Made by a program: the position numbers and the translations under genes
Shown here: positions 1-12,744 of the stretch, piece after piece
Layout of the letters: every line of letters begins with the position of its first letter
How positions within the stretch are numbered: the first letter of the stretch is position 1
Notes under the pieces: generated by a model
Seen by the model: only the letters and a program-made list of their open reading frames with translations
Databases searched by the model: none
What the model was told of the DNA's origin: nothing
NCBI GenBank assembly: GCA_002269645.1
Contig: NIVC01000502.1
Coordinates: 1-50,106 of the forward strand
Length of the DNA: 50,106 nt
Direction: 5' to 3'
Origin: Macrostomum lignano
Lineage: Eukaryota

Positions 1-7
1 TAACTAG

Positions 8-880
8 TTTGTGAAGTGTCTATGGTTTGTGAAGTGTCTATGGTTGTGTGGCGTGTCTATGGTTTGTGACGTGTCTATGGTTTGTGGCGTGTCTATGGTT
101 TGTGAAGTGTCTATGGTTTGTGACGTGTCTATGGTTTGTGGCGTGTCTATGGTTTGTGAAGTGTCTATGGTTTGTGAAGTGTCTATGGTTTGTGGCGTGT
201 CTATGGTTTGTGAGTGTCTATGGTTTGTGGCGTGTCTATGGTTTGTGAAGTGTCTATGGTTTGTGAAGTGTCTATGGTTTGTGAAGTGTCTATGGTTTGT
301 GACGTGTCTGTGGTTTGTGACGTGTCTGTGGTTTGTGAAGTGTCTATGGTTTGTGAGTGTCTATGGTTTGTGGCGTGTCTATGGTTTGTGAAGTGTCTAT
401 GGTTTGTGAAGTGTCTATGGTTTGTGACGTGTCTGTGGTTTGTGACGTGTCTGTGGTTTGTGAAGTGTCTGTGGTTTGTGACGTGTCTGTGGTTTGTGAA
501 GTGTCTATGGTTTGTGACGTGTCTATGGTTTGTGGCGTGTCTATGGTTTGTGAAGTGTCTGTGGTTTGAGAAGTGTCTATGGTTTGTGACGTGTCTGTGG
601 TTTGTGAAGTGTCTATGGTTTGTGAAGTGTCTATGGTTTGTGAAGTGTCTATGGTTTGTGGCGTGTCTATGGTTTGTGAAGTGTCTATGGTTTGTGGCGT
701 GTCTATGGTTTGTGGCGTGTCTATGGTTTGTGAAGTGTCTATGGTTTGTGAAGTGTCTATGGTTTGTGAAGTGTCTATGGTTTGTTTGTGAAGTGTCTAC
801 GTTTGTGAGGTGTCTAGTTGGTGTTAGTGTCTGTGTTTTGTGAAGTGTCCAAATCACAAACCCTAGTTTGTGAAGTGTAT
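8..880 (+). repeat. 18-bp tandem satellite (GTTTGTGAAGTGTCTATG and variants)
   Basis: Direct reading: about 45 head-to-tail units with GAA/GAC/GGC variants. Explains the low-complexity ORFs at 11-857. Confidence 0.97.
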
Positions 881-1124
881 ATAATTAATTTGTAAAATGT
901 CTAGTTTGTGATATTACTAGTTAGTGAATTGGTCTAAGTTGTAAAGTTTATGATTATTCAGTAAAATATTCTTGTTCGAAAACTTCCCAGTTTGTGAAGG
1001 GGCAAAGTGCCAATCCAGTTATTACCAGATCATAATACGCAGGTAGTTCTCTTTCCCTGCCTTTCTCAATTGTCCTGGCTGTCCCAATGCCTTCATAAGA
1101 AGGGAGGGTGGGGGGAAGGGGCAC

Positions 1125-1148
1125 AGCCAATCAGAGCCAGCCAATCAG
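1125..1148 (+). promoter_or_regulatory. Two tandem CCAAT boxes (AGCCAATCAG x2) upstream of the mbl start codon
   Basis: AGCCAATCAG at 1125-1134 and 1139-1148, about 200 bp upstream of ATG 1345 and matching the NF-Y consensus. Function is inferred. Confidence 0.45.
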
Positions 1149-1344
1149 CGTTCGCCATGAGGTCCTTCCTCTCTCTTATCTAAAAATATGGCACACTTCT
1201 AGAGCTCTTCAAAGAGAAGTCGCTTCCCCCAGGCCAGTTTCCTTCTTTTTGTTTCAATTCCTATCCAACAGCAAACAAGCAGGCACTAAAGGAATAAAAG
1301 ATTACAAAGAAATACTGTTTAATTGTTTCAACCTTCAGGCAAAA

Positions 1345-1536
1345 ATGTCTCTGGTAAACCCGGGCCTGCTCCAGCTAGCCAGCATGAAGGACAGTCGATG
1401 GCTGACCCTGGAGGTCTGTCGCGAGTTTCAGCGCAGCAAATGCTCCAGGACGGAGATTGATTGTAAATTTGCCCATCCGCCCAAGCATGTCGACGTGCAG
1501 AATGGGAGAGTGGTCTGTTGCTATGACTACATCAAG
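1345..1536 (+). CDS. mbl: Muscleblind-like splicing regulator, coding exon 1 (ZF1 and start of ZF2)
   Basis: MSLVNPGLLQLASMKDSRWLTLEVCREFQRSKCSRTEIDCKFAHPPKHVDVQNGRVVCCYDYIK carries the MBNL signature WLTLEVCREFQR..C..C.FAHP..V.NGRV..C.D..K. Acceptor TTCAG ends at 1338; donor AAG|GTTCGT at 1536/1537 (phase 0). Confidence 0.95.
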
Positions 1537-1571
1537 GTTCGTTTGCGACTGAGCTGATTTACTATTTGGGA

Positions 1572-1848
1572 GGTAGCAGAGGTCTGGTGACAGATCCCAC
1601 TGAATACTCGGGGTAGCAGAGTTCTGATCCCACTGAATACTCAGGGTAGCAGAGGTCTGATCCCACTGAATACTCGGGGTAGCAGAGGTCTGATCCCACT
1701 GAATACTCGGGGTAGCAGAGGTCTGATCCCACTGAATACTCAGGGGTAGCAGAGTTCTGATCCCACTGAATACCCAGTGGTAGCAGAGGTTTGATCCCAC
1801 TGAATACTCAGGGGTAGCAGAGTTCTGATCCCACTGAATACTCAGGGG
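1572..1848 (+). repeat. 33-bp minisatellite in mbl intron (GTAGCAGAGGTCTGATCCCACTGAATACTCGGG)
   Basis: About 8 tandem units read directly; 11-aa period in the antisense ORF 1375-1851. Confidence 0.95.
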
Positions 1849-2056
1849 CAAGAATTAAAGTCTACGTAATTAATTTGCTAAGTGATCTAGACTACTAATC
1901 AGACTAATCAGATACCGAAGAATTGCCGGAAACTAATAGCGTTATAGTTACTCGCGCTGTTTACTCTAATATTATCAAAACATTTTAACAAAACCATGTT
2001 AAATAAATAGTTGAGCCAGTTTAATTCTGATTCAATACCAAAACTCTAATCGTCAG

Positions 2057-2227
2057 GGCAAGTGCCAGCGCAAGGAGCCGCCCTGCAAGTACCTGCATCC
2101 GCCGCAGCATCTACGCGAGCAGCTGCTGCAGAACGGCCGCAACAACCTCATCATTAAGAGCATTCACATGCAGATGCTGTCGCAGACTTTGGCGGCTGGT
2201 GGCACACAGCTCCTGCCGCTGACAGCC
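2057..2227 (+). CDS. mbl: Muscleblind-like, coding exon 2 (ZF2 C-terminal half)
   Basis: CGTCAG| then GKCQRKEPPCKYLHPPQHLREQLLQNGRNNLIIKSIHMQMLSQTLAAGGTQLLPLTA then |GTGAGT. Matches MBNL GRC.R..CKYLHPP.HL..QL..NGRNNL; phase 0/0, 171 nt. Confidence 0.95.
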
Positions 2228-2799
2228 GTGAGTCGAGTGACGCTTTGTTTTAACCAGCAAACTTAAAACCAATTTGTGGTGTCATGAGACAAACATTCAG
2301 CATAAAAGGGAGATTGGAACAAAAATGGCTACTTATGAACGGGGATTGGAGCTATTTTTTCGATTAATAAATCAAAGCGGGATTAAACTATCCCGGATGT
2401 GAGAAGTGGGATTGGGTTCGAAATTTCACGAATATGATTAAAATTCCGAATTTGAATGGCGGAACTTACAGGGAAGATACTAAAAATAAAGCATTTTCAA
2501 TATCCTATGATATTTTATTTACAAATACGGCATGACCTCAGAGACTAAAATCCCTTCTTTTTATTCCAACCAGCCTGCAATTCTGATGGATTGAAAAAAT
2601 CCCTAAACCAGAGCGTGCCATTTCAGTAAGCTTTAGCGGCTTAGCGCAATTTTTGTTAAATGTCATTTGGCGCAGATTTGAATTTGCCGGAGAATGATGA
2701 TTCTAGAGAAATTTCTAGGATAAGTCAGCCGCCATCTTGGAAAGCCGTGAACGCGTGAAGTCAATCAGGGAGCCGGGGTATAGGCGTGCAAGTGTAACA

Positions 2800-3800
2800 A
2801 ACCAGACACCTCACAAACTAGACACTTCACAAACTAGACACTTCAAAAACTAGACACTTCACAAACAGACACTTTACAACTAGATACTTCACAAACTAGA
2901 TACGTCACAAGCCATAGACACTTCACAAACCATAGACACGTCACAAGCCATAGACACTTCACAAACCATAGACACGTCACAAGCCATAGACACTTCACAA
3001 ACTAGATACGTCACAAGCCATAGACACTTCACAAACCATAGACACGTCACAAGCCATAGACACTTCACAAACCATAGACACGTCACAAGCCATAGACACT
3101 TCACAAACCATAGATACGCCACAAACCATAGACACTTCACAAACCATAGACACGTCACAAGCCATAGACACTTCACAAACCATAGACACTTCACAAACCA
3201 TAGACACGTCACAAACCATAGACACTTCACAAACCATAGACACTTCACAAACCATAGACACGTCACAAGCCATAGACACTTCACAAACCATAGACACATC
3301 ACAAACCATAGACACTTCACAAACTACAGACACTTCACAAACCACAGACACTTCACAAACCACAGACACTTCACAAACCACGGACACTTCACAAACCATA
3401 GACACTTCACAAACCATAGACACTTCACAAACCATAGACACATCACAAACCATAGACACGTCACAAACCATAGACACTTCACAAACCATAGACACTTCAC
3501 AAACCATAGACACGTCACAAGCCATAGACACTTCACAAACCATAGACACTTCACAAACCATAGACACTTCACAAGCCATAGACACTTCACAAACCACAGA
3601 CACTTCACAAACCATAGACACTTCACAAACCATAGACACTTCACAAGCCATAGACACTTCGCAAGCTATAAACACTTCACAAACCATAGACACTTCACAA
3701 ACCACAGACACTTCACAAACCACAGACACTTCACAAACCATAGACACTTCACAAGCCATAGACACTTCACAAACTAGGCACCTCACAACACAAACCAGAC
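2800..3800 (-). repeat. Same 18-bp satellite in inverted orientation (CATAGACACTTCACAAAC)n
   Basis: The unit is the exact reverse complement of the 8-880 unit; about 55 copies in the mbl intron after exon 2. Confidence 0.97.
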
Positions 3801-4368
3801 ACTTTACAGACTAAACAATTCTATATTTATACTTTTAATTGATGCATGATAATGCAGAAGGAAACAAAGCAACGAAACCGCCAGGTTTTCGAACAGAGAC
3901 CTAGAGGAGGGGAGAACTGCTTTCGGCAATTCGACAAGTTGGCTCCGATGCATCCAGGGCAAAGGAATCTCTTGTGCCAGCTCAATTCATATGATTTACA
4001 GCCCGCGCAGGGAGCAACTGCCGTTTCTACAGAGTCTTGGCAGTCTTTGTCTTGCCACTTGGCTGCCCTTGCAACTAGGTGCCCCCCTGCTCCTCTACAG
4101 TCCCAAGGGTGGCAATCAAGATTTAAATAAGTCTCTGCTTATATTTTCCAGAACCTGAGCTGCAGCCAGCTCAACCGCGGAACCCCCCCCCCCCCCTATT
4201 CCCGCATATTGATATTCTCAATCTCATAGTATATAGACACGTGTGTGTCCGTTGCCATGGTCTACCTATATAGTAATTAAACTGGACGGGGTATGGGGCT
4301 GGCAGGTGGGCTGAGATGGTGGCTTGGTAGTTAAGGGATGTGAAAGCAAGTAGTCTGGGGATGCGATT

Positions 4369-4935
4369 TGAGGGTTGGGGATGTGAAGATTGGGGATGTG
4401 AAGGTTGGGGATGTGAAGGTTGGGGATGTGAAGGTTGGGGATGTGAAGGTTGGGGATGTGAAGGTTGGGGATGTGAAGGTTGGGGATGTGAAGTTTGGGG
4501 ATGTGAAGGTTCACAAACTGGACACTTCACAAACCATAGACACTTCACAAACTGGACACTTCACAAACTGGACACTTCACAAACTGGACACTTCACAAAC
4601 TGGACACTTCACAAACTGGACACTTCACAAACTGGACACTTCACAAACCAGAATATAATCCGATATTCTCCCCATGTGAAGGTTGGGATGTAAAGTTTGG
4701 GGATGTGAAGTTTGGGGTGTGAAGGTTGGGGATGTGAAGGTGGGGATTTGAAGTTTGAGGATGTGAAGGTTGGGGATGTGAAGTTTGGGGATGTGAAGGT
4801 TGGGGATGTAAAGTTTGGGGATGTGAAGTTTGGGGATGTGAAGGTTGGGGATGTGAAGGTTGGGGATGTAAAGATTGGATGTGAAGGTTGGAAATGTGAA
4901 GATTGGGGATGTGAAGGTTGGAAATGTGATGTAAA
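4369..4935 (+). repeat. 15-bp minisatellite (GGGATGTGAAGGTTG)n interrupted at ~4512-4650 by a 16-bp (CACTTCACAAACTGGA)n block
   Basis: Direct reading. The internal block is related to the 18-bp satellite in reverse orientation. Confidence 0.92.
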
Positions 4936-5741
4936 TGTTGGGCTTGAGGATGTGATTTGAATGTTGGGGATGGGATGTGGAGGTTGGAATATAAAGGCAG
5001 GATGATAAGGTTTGGTGTTTCCTGTAATAAAAGCAGCTGTTTTGACCTATTTTATTTAGTCTCTAATCTAACGCCAAGAGTTAGACAGACAGAGGTGTCC
5101 ACACTGCCCAGGTGCATGTCAATGCTCCAGTCCAAGAGGAAGTCCATGAATAAAGCTAACGCAAATATCAAGTAAATAGAAATAAAATGTCATCTCGGGT
5201 GTAAATAGGGGCTGGGGTGGTAATTTTGGCTTCCAATCCAAATTTCAAACTGCAGTAGTCCCTGTTCCCCTATAAACTGGTTTCGAGATTTCCAGATTTT
5301 TTATCTACTATCATAGATAATATCTGGCTTTAATGCCACTCATTCCAAGACCAAATGACGGCGGCAGCCACTGCATCTTCTCTTCTTCTAGAGGACAGAG
5401 GAGAGGTTGTTATGGTGGGAAAGCAAACCCACATGAGTCAGGTTTGGCATGGGGGCACTCAAAGTTGAATAGATAAGGTTGGGAGGGCCTGGAGGCTCGG
5501 GAGGGTGTTGCTGCTTATGGCTTGCTTTTAGTTCCCCAAACACAGCGGCTCCGATTTGGAGCCAGCAGAGGTTTTTGAAACAGAGTTTTACAGAGTACAG
5601 ACTCAAAAAAGGCAAGTTTGGGAAATGAAAAAGAATATATTGTTGCAATGAGTGAGCAGATTGAAAAGCGGAGTGAACAGGATGGGACTTATGAACTGAA
5701 TATACATAAAATGGAGTGAAATTATGCCAGCCAATGCGACC

Positions 5742-6177
5742 ACTCTCCCCTCTCCCCTCTCCCCTCTACCTTCTCCCCTCTACCCTCTCCCCTCTACCTT
5801 CTCCCCTCTACCTTCTCCCCTCTGCCCTCTCTTCTGTACCCTCTGCCCTCTCCCCCTCTCCCCTCTACCTTCTCCCCTCTACCCTCTCCCCTCTCCCCTC
5901 TCCCCGCTACCTTCTCCTCTCTATCCTCAGCCCTCTCCCCTCTCCTCAGCCCTCTCCCCTCTCCCCTCTACCCTCTACCTTCTCCCTCTACCTTCTCCCC
6001 TCTACCCTCTCCCCTCTCCCCTCTACCTTCTCCCCTCTGCCCTCTCTTTTGTACCCTCTGCCCTCTCCCCCTCTCCCCTCTACCCTCTCCCCCTCTCCCC
6101 TCTGCCCTCTCCCCTCTACCCTCTGCCCTCTCCCTCTACCCTCTGCCCTCTCCCCCTCTCTCTACCCTCTCCCCCCT
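5742..6177 (+). repeat. CT-rich degenerate tandem repeat (CCCTCTCCCCTCTACCTTCT-like)
   Basis: Direct reading; produces spurious Pro/Leu/Ser ORFs. Confidence 0.9.
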
Positions 6178-6700
6178 GCCATCCAGTATCCACTCAGAAT
6201 TTTTTTCCAATGTCAAGTCAATTATCCAATGACGGTATTTTTTAAATTCCACGTTTGTCTTTCGCATTCTATTCTCTTGATGTCCTTATCCTTACGAGAA
6301 TAACAGCCGCCACAATGAAGTCTCGCTTTAAAGTTTCCCATGCACTTTACGAATCAAGACTCGCACCCCCAGCACAACAAACTTCCCAAAAAGTTGCTAG
6401 CGATCAACTTTAAGATAAAAAAGCAAACTGAATATAAACCTGGCATTTCCGCAAGTTTTACAACTGGGTAAGCACTAGAAGAGCGGCATATTTATCCTTC
6501 CCCGCTTTCCTTCACTGCTTTTTCGAACATACCAATTCTATATAGTCTTTGTTAGAATTCGAGGACTATCTTTGTTACATTGTCAGCTACATAAAGAACT
6601 GGAAAGCTGACCTGCTGGAGTGTTGCCGGATCGTAACAGCTGCTTGAGCTGGTGGTGCAGACCTCATTTGTGGCGCAGACTTCATGCAGAGCGCATGGAG

Positions 6701-7714
<1,014 letters not shown>

Positions 7715-8095
7715 GTCCCCTCAATCTGACCCTGCTCAGAACAGGCGGCTAAAGAGAGCCCAATTTAGTTTTCAACAAAGTGAAAGGCATTATCAGGCAG
7801 ACAAAGCAGTCATTAAATTTGTGCAGTTTGGTTAGTGGCCGGACCCTCTTCAATATAGTCAAACATTTGCACTCCGCCCTGCTCGATATGATGAAGAAAG
7901 AGCATCCAGCGGTCGCTCAACAAAGTCGACTGGTCTCCCCAAGGCGACCCCAGTCCGACAAATGGAACGCTAAACAATCTTGACTGTGCATACAATTGAA
8001 GAGTCGCAGCGAATGTTATTAGGTTACTACGAGCGTACGGTAATGGCTTTGCAAAGGCAAACAAACAGGCAGTATATTATAGCACACAGTTATAG

Positions 8096-8113
8096 CCAGG
8101 TTCTGTTGCGCAG
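8096..8113 (+). CDS. mbl: Candidate 18-nt mbl microexon (PGSVAQ)
   Basis: TATAG|CCA GGT TCT GTT GCG CAG|GTAAGA: strong donor, phase 0/0, compatible with the flanking exons. The acceptor is weak and there is no transcript evidence. Confidence 0.3.
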
Positions 8114-8574
8114 GTAAGAAATTATTGAACTAGACTTCGGTTCGATGCAGCAGAAGACCATGGCTCCGAGAGAATTAGGGGGAGAGAGAGGGAGAGATGA
8201 GAGATTCCCCGGATTGTTCTCACGGGTGGCGTCTGAACATACAAGCCGTGTGTTTGGCCTACACTGTGGGTGACTCTGCAGTACCAGCATTCGCAAAATT
8301 AGCTCGTATAACTTCAAGCCAAGAAAAAAACGCTAAGCAATTAGACTTCATGCCTCACTGGGCTCCCTGCAACTGCAGTCTGGTGTACCAATTTGTGTGC
8401 TGTTGGTTGCTGTGTATCGATTTTTAGCGCTATTAAACTTGCATCTCTGTGCTGCGAGTGAGCCTACGAGCCTACATTGTATTGACTGATGGCAACCATG
8501 AGCGTTGCTGTGCTGAATGCGTATTAGTCCCTTGAATTGATGCTTTCTCGGTTTCGGTGCTGAATTCATTCGCT

Positions 8575-9365
8575 CACTCTGTCACTCTCCCTCTGTCACT
8601 CTCTCTCTGTCACTCTCCCTCTGTCACTCTCCCTCTGTCACTCTCCCTCTGTCACTCTCCCTCTGTCACTCTCCATCTCTGTCACTCTCCATCTCTGTCA
8701 CTCTCCCTCTGTCACTCTCCATCTCTGTCACTCTCCCTCTGTCACTCTCCCTGTCTGTCACTCTCCCTCTGTCACTCCCCCTCTGTCACTCTCCCTGTCT
8801 GTCACTCTCTCTCTGTCACTCTCCCTCTGTCACTCTCCCTGTCTGTCACTCTCCCTCTGTCACTCTCACTCTGTCACTCTCCCTCTGTCACTCTCCCTCT
8901 GTCACTCTCCCTCTGTCACTCTCCCTCTGTCACTCTCCCTCTGTCACTCTCCCTCTGTCACTGTCCCTCTGTCACTCTCTCTCTGTCACTCCCTCTCTGT
9001 CACTCTCTCTCTGTCACTCCCTCTCTGTCACTCTCCCTGTCTTTCACTCTCCCTCTCTGTCACTCTCCCTGTCTGTCACTCTCCCTCTCTGTCACTCTCC
9101 CTGTCTGTCACTCTCCCTGTCTGTCACTCTCCCTGTCTGTCACTCTCCCTGTCTGTCACTCTCCCTCTCTGTAACTCTCCCTCTCTGTCACTCTCCCTGT
9201 CTGTCACTCTCCCTGTCTGTCACTCTCCCTCTCTGTCACTCTCCCTCTCTGTCACTCTCCCTGTCTGTCACTCTCCCTCTCTGTCACTCTCCCTCTCTGT
9301 CAATCTTCCTCTGCCACTATCCATATTCTCTCTTACCATCGCCATTCTCTGTCACTCTCCCTCAC
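8575..9365 (+). repeat. 14-bp pyrimidine-rich minisatellite (CTGTCACTCTCCCT)n
   Basis: Direct reading, about 55 units. Confidence 0.95.
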
Positions 9366-9532
9366 CCTCTGTTACACTTACGGATCGTAACAGCTTCTTG
9401 AGTTGGCTGACTGGTGCAGACCTTATATTTGCTGTCACTCTTCGCGTACCTGTCACTCCATCTCTCTCATGAAACTCCCAGCCTCCCAAGTCGGAAATCT
9501 CGCAATCCTGAACTTCCATTCGAATCCCGCAG

Positions 9533-9814
9533 CCATTCGTCAGCTCCTCGCTGTCAGCTCAGGCAGCTGTGGCCGCGGCAGCCGCAGCTTCGGCCCAGGG
9601 CTTCGGCGGCTCCAGCTTCGGCTTGCCGCAGCACCTGTTCAGCCCCGCAGATGCCGCACTGCTCTCAGCAGCGCCTCCGCCGCCGCCGCCGCCGCCGCCG
9701 CCTCCGCAACCAGCCAACCCGCCATCAACCAGCATCCAGTCTCAGCTGACTGCCGGCTTGCCTTCCGCTGCTTGCGCCGGCTCCAGTTTCAAGCTGGACT
9801 GCAGCGACAGAGAT
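9533..9814 (+). CDS. mbl: Muscleblind-like, probable coding exon 3 (Ala/Pro-rich linker)
   Basis: Acceptor GAATCCCGCAG| and donor GAT|GTGAGC, 282 nt, phase 0/0. PFVSSSLSAQAAVAAAAAASAQG...PPPP...SSFKLDCSDRD; the end resembles the MBNL KL..RxDRL linker terminus. Confidence 0.7.
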
Positions 9815-10134
9815 GTGAGCCCGCGCTTTCTGTCTTCTTGCCGAAGGGCAAGAGGCCCTCCATTATTTCTGATAATTGATCGATCCAATCTGAGTTGTCA
9901 TTTATAATTAATTAGCTTTGTTAGTAGTCCTGGGGCTGTACATGTATTTACTTGAAGCAGAGTGTGTTCCCTTTTCTTGCGGATAGTTGGGATTTTTTTA
10001 ATGGAGAGAATAAGACATTTTTAACTCCTCACCTGCCTTCTCCATCAGTAATTCGCATCTGCTCCTTCAGCCCAGCTTCCTACCTGCCGTAAATTCCCTC
10101 AGCCCTTCGGCTTTCCCTCAGTCCTACCCATATC

Positions 10135-10840
10135 CGCCTTTCATCCGCCCCTCATGCGCCCCTCATCCGCCTCTCATCCGCCTCTCATCCGCCCCTCATC
10201 CGCCTCTCATCCGCCCCTCATCCGCCTCTCATCTGCCCCTCATCCGCCTCTCATTCGCCCTTCTGACAGCCCTTTCATCCGCTGCCTCATCCGCCCCTCG
10301 CATCTGCTCCCTCATCCGCCTCTCATCCGCCTTTCATCCGCCCTTCTGACAGCCCTTTCATCCGCTGCCTCATCCGCCCCTCGCATCCGCTCCCTCATCC
10401 GTCCTTCTGGCAGCCTTTTCATCTGCTGCCTCATCCGCCCCTCATCCGCCCCTCTCACCCGCCCCTCTCATCCGCTCCCTCATCCGCCACTCTCATCCGC
10501 CCTTCTGACAGCCCTTTCATCTGCTGCCTCATCCGACCCTCATTCGCTCCCTCACCCGCCCCTTTCATCCGCTCCCTCATCCGCCCCTCTCATCCGCCCC
10601 CTTCTCACCCGCCCCTCTCACCCGCCCCTCTCATTCGCTCCCTCACCCGCCCCTGTCATCCGCTCCCTCATCCGCCCCTCTCATCCGCCCCCTTCTCACC
10701 CGCCCCTCTCACCCGCCCCTCTCATTCGCTCCCTCACCCGCCCCTGTCATCCGCCCCTCTCATGCGCCTCTCATCCGCCCTTCTGACAGCCCTTTCATCC
10801 GCTCCCTCATCCGCCCCTCTCATCCGCCCCTCATCCGCTT
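10135..10840 (+). repeat. ~13-bp degenerate minisatellite (TCATCCGCCCCTC)n
   Basis: Direct reading. Confidence 0.92.
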
Positions 10841-12054
10841 TCGGCCACTCCTGTTTGTCTCCCATTTTACCGCCATCTGATCCCTCCACCAGCCTTTTCA
10901 TCCGCTTTTCCTCTCGCCCCGGTGAAAACGGTGAAGGAAAAAGGCGGCTGAAATGATGCAGAGCATTTCCCGAGCGCCTCTGAAAGCTTGAAACGGAAAG
11001 CAAAACGGCGGAAAGAAGAAGATACAAAAATACTGTTGCTTTCGCTGAAAAAGCAGCCCAATTATCAGCCCGAACCAGAGGCAGACTTTCTCTGTTGCGT
11101 CCCAACCAGTATTAGAAGGGCCTTATAAATGCATATACTCTAGCTCATATTGCTAGACACACCACGAAAATTCAGTGTTGTTTCAACCCTTCCCTCCCCA
11201 ACTGATTGATTAACGAAATGTTTGGGGGGAGTTACCTTTGAAGTTGATTTCTCTTTGAGTTTGCCTGATGTCCACTCGGCAACTTAAAGACACCTGCCTG
11301 ATTACTCGTGGCTTTCTTTCTTCAACCAGTGTGGACTGGGGTCTTTCCAATCTTACTAAGTATGCACCTGCCTGCCTTTGTGTCTACCTGCCATCCTCTC
11401 CAGGATCGCTCCAATTTTATCCCATGAAATTTAATCACACGCAGTCGCTTCCTAGTAAATCCCGATCCCCGGGCCACAAGGCATTGCTGTATACATGCGA
11501 GCGTACACAATAAAACCGTCCCAAACAAAACAAAGGAAGTTCAATATTTTTTCGTTTGAGATTTAAAAAATGCATTTATTTTTTACTCACTCGCTAACTG
11601 CTTTTGATTTGCAACGCTTGAGCAGTCAAGAGGCTTTAGCCCCGGCGAAGCAGATAGGTGCTTCGGTAACTCCCATCCCTATGGAGCTCTTTTTCTCTCG
11701 CTCATTGCTGCTTTCCGCTGTGAAAGCAGCCTCTCGAATCCTCTTCTGTTCAGTAAAAAAGGAAAATATTTTTTATTTAAAAATCCAGTTAATTGTTCTA
11801 TTCAGTCAGACTAATTGCTGCAAAATATCCCTGCATGTTTCTGTAGCATCGCTCAATAAGAGAAAAATACTACTGAGTTTTTTAGTCTGCTTAGATTTAA
11901 TTTTCTCTACTATTTATCACTTTGCACGATCAATAAATTAACTTTGTTTAACTTGGCTAAAACATGCGAGTGCAGCATTATGCGAGTGGCTATGCGTTCT
12001 CGATGCTTTTACTTACAATAGACTGTTGCCGCTCGTCCCTCCAGTTTAAACACC

Positions 12055-12310
12055 CCTCTACCCCTACGCCCAGTCAAAACACCCACCTCACTCTAAGCCC
12101 CCTGTCCCTCTGCCCCTTCACCCAGTCAAAACACCCATCTCACTCCAAGCCCCTCTGTCCCTCTGCCCTCCGCCCAGTCTAAATACCCACCTCACTCCAA
12201 GCCCCCTCTGTCCCTCTGCCCCTCCGCCCAGTCTAAACACCCACCTCACTCCAAGCCCCCTCTGTCCCTCTGCCCCCCACCCAGTCTAAACACCCACCTC
12301 ACTCCAAGCC
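12055..12310 (+). repeat. ~55-bp tandem repeat (CCCAGTCTAAACACCCACCTCACTCCAAGCCCCCTCTGTCCCTCTGCCCC...)
   Basis: About 4.5 copies read directly. Confidence 0.9.
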
Positions 12311-12612
12311 TCTACTTGCCACGAAACCAGTGACGATTTGAAAATCTAACGAGACAGCAGGAATCAATATTTCATTTTTTACTAATTATTCAACAATCAA
12401 AAATTTCTGCTCAATCTTTTTTCGCCTACGTAGATAGCAACAGCATTCGCAAGCATTGCTAAACAGAATTTTACTAACCACCAACAGCAAAACAGCTTTA
12501 GTTGTACGAATGCAGATTGTAGTACACGATGTGCTTTGTTAGCCCTGTTGCCAATTGTGCCGCGAACCGCTTTTGTTCACAATTCCCAAATGCATGCAAT
12601 CCTTGCGGATAG

Positions 12613-12744
12613 AGCTATCCACTGATGGCGGCGGCCGCGACGGCTCTGCAGCAGCAGCAAGCAAATTCTGAGGAAAGCTTTGCTTCCAAGAAGAGGAAAC
12701 TGACCGAACTAAACGACCAACAACAGCAGCTACTGCTTCCAATG
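12613..12744 (+). CDS. mbl: Muscleblind-like, candidate coding exon 4 with basic KKRK motif
   Basis: GGATAG| SYPLMAAAATALQQQQANSEESFASKKRKLTELNDQQQQLLLPM |GTATTT; 132 nt, phase 0/0; Ala/Gln-rich composition like Mbl C-terminal regions. Confidence 0.55.

Noticed and set aside
11-857. Long ORFs on both strands (VKCLWF / TNHRHF repeats), likewise at 2889-3786 and 4171-4960
   Set aside because: Translations of stop-free satellite units with no start/splice context or domain.
3846-4130. ORF containing GENCFRQF...MHP, superficially zinc-finger-like
   Set aside because: No CCCH spacing and no convincing phase-0 splice sites.
5388-5648. Minus-strand ORF with a protein-like Pro-rich stretch (QQHPPEPPGPPNLIY)
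   Set aside because: No recognisable family and no supported exon structure; cannot be distinguished from chance.
12543-12612. QLCRE peptide after an AG at 12542, resembling the start of MBNL ZF3 (VCRE)
   Set aside because: The remaining Cys/His spacing of a CCCH finger is absent and the frame stops soon after.
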